DNA of 64,000 nt from Xylographa opegraphella (lineage: Eukaryota), in NCBI GenBank assembly GCA_022813865.1, contig JALDZX010000006.1:620001-684000 (forward strand), read 5' to 3'. Within the stretch, counting starts at the first letter, position 1. Each line of letters begins with the position of its first letter. A program made the translations under genes and the position numbers. The notes below the pieces were generated by a model. It had not been told where the DNA came from. It worked only from the letters and a program-made list of their open reading frames with translations, and ran no database searches. Positions 60,584 through 64,000 of the stretch are shown here, in pieces.

Positions 60584-61516
60584 ATGGCAGCAACCACCAT
60601 GCACGCCGCCCGAGTCCTTTCATGGGGCTCCGCCCCGCAATACACCTCCGTCCCCTTTCCCGCCCCTCCATCCGACCCCTCCCTCGTCCAGCTCAAAGTC
60701 CTCGCCGCGGGCCTCCACCGCGTCGTTCGCTCTCGGGCCAGCGGTACACACTACTCCGGCGGCACGCTCCCCCACAACGTGGGCATCGATGGCGTTGGCA
60801 TCACGCCAGAGGGACAAGAAGTGTACTTCGCCACCATCGCCGCTGACGGAGGTTCCTACAGCGACACGGTGACCGTGCCGAAAGAGGACATCGCGCCTTT
60901 GCCCGTCGGCGCGGACCGGATCAAGATCGCCGCGCTGGTGAACCCAGGGCTCTCATCGTGGATGGCGCTGCGGTGCCGCTGTGAAATTCTGCCCGAGGGC
61001 TTCGGCCTGCTGATCTTGGGCGTCACGTCCGCGTCCGGCCGGCTCGCGGTGCAGGTGGCGCGGGCGATGGGGGCGGGGCGGGTGGTGGGCGTGGCGCGGG
61101 ACGTGTGTGAGATGGAGGCATTGGGGCTTGATGGAATGGTGCAGCTGCAGGGGCCAGGCGAGACCGACTGGAAAGGTGTCGGTGGGGTAGATGTCGTGTT
61201 GGATTATGTCTATGGGCCACCGACGGTAGAATATTTGAAGACTCTGGGGCGTGGGAGGCGGGTCCAGTATGTGCATATTGGGAGCCTGGCGGGGGAGTTG
61301 GACATCATGCTGCCGGGAGCGGTGCTGCGGTCCACGGATCTGACGATGAGAGGGTCCGGGCAGGGGAGCTTTGGCGGGAGGGAATTACGACGGGAAGTGC
61401 CGGGCCTGCTGGAAGCGATCGGGAAGTTCAGCGAGGAGAAGATTCGGGTGCGTGAAATGAAAGACGTGGAGAAGGTTTGGGGGGAGAGTGGCGATAGAGT
61501 TGTGTTCGTGCCTTGA
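60584..61516 (+). CDS. Medium-chain dehydrogenase/reductase (quinone oxidoreductase-like), intronless
   Basis: AAGLHRVVRSRASGTHYS, GIDGVG, AALVNPGLSSWMAL, ILGVTSASGRLA, VDVVLDYVYG, YVHIGSLAG. Confidence 0.85.
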   Translation: MAATTMHAARVLSWGSAPQYTSVPFPAPPSDPSLVQLKVLAAGLHRVVRSRASGTHYSGGTLPHNVGIDGVGITPEGQEVYFATIAADGGSYSDTVTVPKEDIAPLPVGADRIKIAALVNPGLSSWMALRCRCEILPEGFGLLILGVTSASGRLAVQVARAMGAGRVVGVARDVCEMEALGLDGMVQLQGPGETDWKGVGGVDVVLDYVYGPPTVEYLKTLGRGRRVQYVHIGSLAGELDIMLPGAVLRSTDLTMRGSGQGSFGGRELRREVPGLLEAIGKFSEEKIRVREMKDVEKVWGESGDRVVFVP

Positions 61517-62094
61517 GTGGACACTTTCACACAACAAATGTGAATGTTATCGACGTCGTTCGATGTTACCACAACATGTGTATGGATTCATTTTCAAGGA
61601 GAATTGCAATTTGGACACCAATATCCCTACCATTTCAACACCCAGCTGGTCACAAGCGGCATGTTGGAGCGCAATGTTCGATATTAGTCATGTTTGAATG
61701 CAGCAGTACTATCAATCACGAGCGTCACTGTAGGTAGCTCATCATCCAGGCTCCCCCGCAGTCGTTTGCGCTTTGGTGAACGAGACCTTTCTTAAGAGCT
61801 CGAGGTTCTTGAACGCCATCTATGACCATCATTTCCAAGCAATACCAGCCCCCAAATAGTATCGCCGGTAAGAGATATCTCATAAAGAAGTCTTCCACCG
61901 GAGACATGTTATTCACAGTAACCAGGTGATCTAGCGTGAGGGGACCTCTCGTTCAAATATGCAGCGTTGTGGAAAGCCAAGACCCCTGGAGCTAAACTTG
62001 AATAGGAAATAAAGTACACATCGGAGCGGAAATACTGCATTACTAGCGGCCGAAGTTCGATTTGCACCCCTTTATCCTTAAAATAGTTACGCTG

Positions 62095-62379
62095 CAAAAA
62101 TGATTTAACGTAAAATAAGTTTTCGTTATATATACAGCCTAATATAATTATAAAATTTAAAAAAGTATTAATATTTACAGTTGTACTGTATATATTACAC
62201 TTTAAATTATAATGGGATAAAATAGTAAAATTACTGTATTATTATTGAAATAACTCGAGTTTATATCAAAATATTTAAAAAAAAAATATTTTTTAAATAA
62301 AAAAAACGTTATATATTATCGCGTTAATTTACGCTAAATTTTATTTTAAATATTATTTAAAAATAATATTTAATTGCTT
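62095..62379. repeat. Very AT-rich decayed repeat tract
   Basis: Abrupt drop to very low GC, no ORF. Confidence 0.65.
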
Positions 62380-62975
62380 TAGAAGAGTTCCTCGGTTCGT
62401 GCACGGCCCCAGTGAATGCACGCGTAGTACTTAAGAACTTGACAGTAGTCAACCTGCTGTAACTCCACCGATATGAGTCCAATTAAAGAAGCGCTAGAAG
62501 AATTAAAGTCGCAGGAGCACCCCCATTACACTGATACTGCTAAAGCTTTTGGGGTAAATCGAACTACGCTTTGATGGCGCCATAGAGGCCTAATTGCCTC
62601 GAGAGGGGTAAACATCGATGGATCGAGGCTACTCACGAACCAGTAGAAGAAAACCCTTACTAAGTATATTAATAAGCTTATACAGCGAGGCTTCCCTCCT
62701 ACTCCTGCTATGGTTCGAAATTTTGCTAAAGATATCGATGGAATTCAGCCGGCAAAGAACTGGCTTTCTCGCTATGTAAAACGGAACAGAGAGAAGCTCG
62801 ACTTGGGGTACCAACTAGGCTTTAATTTAAGCCGGAAGAAAGCAGATAATATTTATATATATAAACTTTATTTTGACAAGGTTAATAGTCCAGATTGGCA
62901 CTGTTTTTATATTTATATATAGCAGATTGCTTCAAAAATGGCCCAATACGACATACTCCCCCAAAATACCTATAA
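62380..62975 (+). mobile_element. Degenerate pogo/Fot1 (Tc1/mariner) DNA transposon, 5-prime part of transposase
   Basis: ATG at 62473: MSPIKEALEELKSQ...AKAFGVNRTTL*WR (HTH_psq-like), LLTNQ*KKTLTKYINKL..RGFPPTPAMVRNFA...KNWLSRYVKR (CENP-B HTH-like), then YDILPQNTYN just before the expected first catalytic D; stops at 62572 and 62644. Confidence 0.88.
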
Positions 62976-63159
62976 TGTTACGGCTCATCAACTCACCACA
63001 CAAGCACGCCTAGAACGTAAGCTTTAGGTGGACGATTTCAACCCAGATTANNNNNNNNNNNNNNNNNNNNNNNCTCCATGGGCGAGACTATATACTAAAG
63101 GTGCTAGTCCTGATCCAGCCCGACCCCTATTACCTGTGACTGATGTCATAGCCGTCACA
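62976..63159. mobile_element. LTR (TG...CA) inserted into the transposase, spanning an assembly gap
   Basis: Begins TGTTACGGCT exactly where the transposase breaks off and ends AGCCGTCACA, a 9/10 inverted match typical of LTR termini. Confidence 0.65.
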
Positions 63160-64000
63160 GTATTAAATGTATTAAATACGCAAAAAATATATTTTTTGAT
63201 CGATTTGTAAAGTTTTGAATTTTAAACATGATTTCTTTTTGTTAATATTATAAACAAATTACGTTTTAAATAAAATTCGCAGATTTAGCAATTAATATTT
63301 TAATAATAAATTCAATACAAAACTTTCGTTAATTTTTAATTTTTTTATTAATATTATTTATTTTTATTTTTAATCGATTTAACAAAAATACTCGCGAAAG
63401 TAATATAAAAACTTGCTATAAATTTCGTTATAAATTTTAAATAATTTACGCAATTTACGCAATTTATAAAAGAAATTCGCGAAAATTTTCGTATTTTCGT
63501 ATTTATAATAAAGCAGATTTGCGGTTTTTAATTAAAATTTCAAAATTTTTAAAGATTTCAAAAATTATGTTAAACTGTCACAAGTAGTTTAATTATATTG
63601 AAAATATAAAAAATATTTTAGTATAAAAACTCGCAAGTTATTATATAAAAAAACTCAATCATTAAACAATCATTACATATTATCAAGCGATATACATAAA
63701 TTAGCGTTTTATATTAAATATAATAATATAATAAATTATAAAAAAAGCTTAACGTTCTCGCTGATATTATATGTAAATAAATTCTTTTCCCGTTTTTAAT
63801 TAATTTCAAATTATAATTTTATAAATTATTCGATTACTTTAATTTTTTTTGTATTAATTTCACGACGTTATTTAGCTAAGAAATTATCATTTATTAAATA
63901 AATTATAAATTATATATTTTTATTATATTAGATATCGTATTAATTTAATAAATATAACTTTTTTTATTAATAATTCTGTTTAACTCGTAATTTTTATAAA
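63160..64000. repeat. Very AT-rich, heavily C-to-T mutated repeat DNA
   Basis: Very low GC, no ORFs, adjacent to transposon relics. Confidence 0.75.

Overview
Gene-dense genomic DNA of a filamentous ascomycete (Pezizomycotina, judged from short GT-AG introns with CTRAC branch points and the gene content). Left to right: first exon of DED1, cyclophilin B, a 260-bp MITE, mitochondrial uS13 (SWS2), YTM1, an AVT3-type vacuolar amino-acid transporter, a VHC1-type cation-chloride cotransporter, a frameshifted GT69 (CAP59-like) gene, a GT32 glycosyltransferase, an EVE-domain protein, an SDR, SPT5, a hypothetical protein, a probable DUF7730-like pseudogene, a 3-beta-HSD/ERG26-like gene, two more hypothetical proteins, IZH3, THOC5, a DDX60-like helicase, a SAM+PH protein, the PRO1/NosA-type Zn2Cys6 regulator and an MDR oxidoreductase. 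The last ~2 kb is decayed repeat DNA: a pogo/Fot1 transposase relic interrupted by an LTR, plus very AT-rich tracts. I found no convincing novel multi-gene system. The best leads are regulatory or splicing-level: a hidden cypB exon that swaps an ER-retention tail for a transmembrane anchor, a recurrent TAAGGTA/TACCTTA promoter motif (identical 16-mer in two divergent promoters), a CCAAT-rich promoter-like island between two convergent genes, a start-stop uORF that overlaps a splice donor, and AT-rich tracts that lose CpC but keep CpG. Gene models were spliced by eye and family names come from motif recognition, not database searches.
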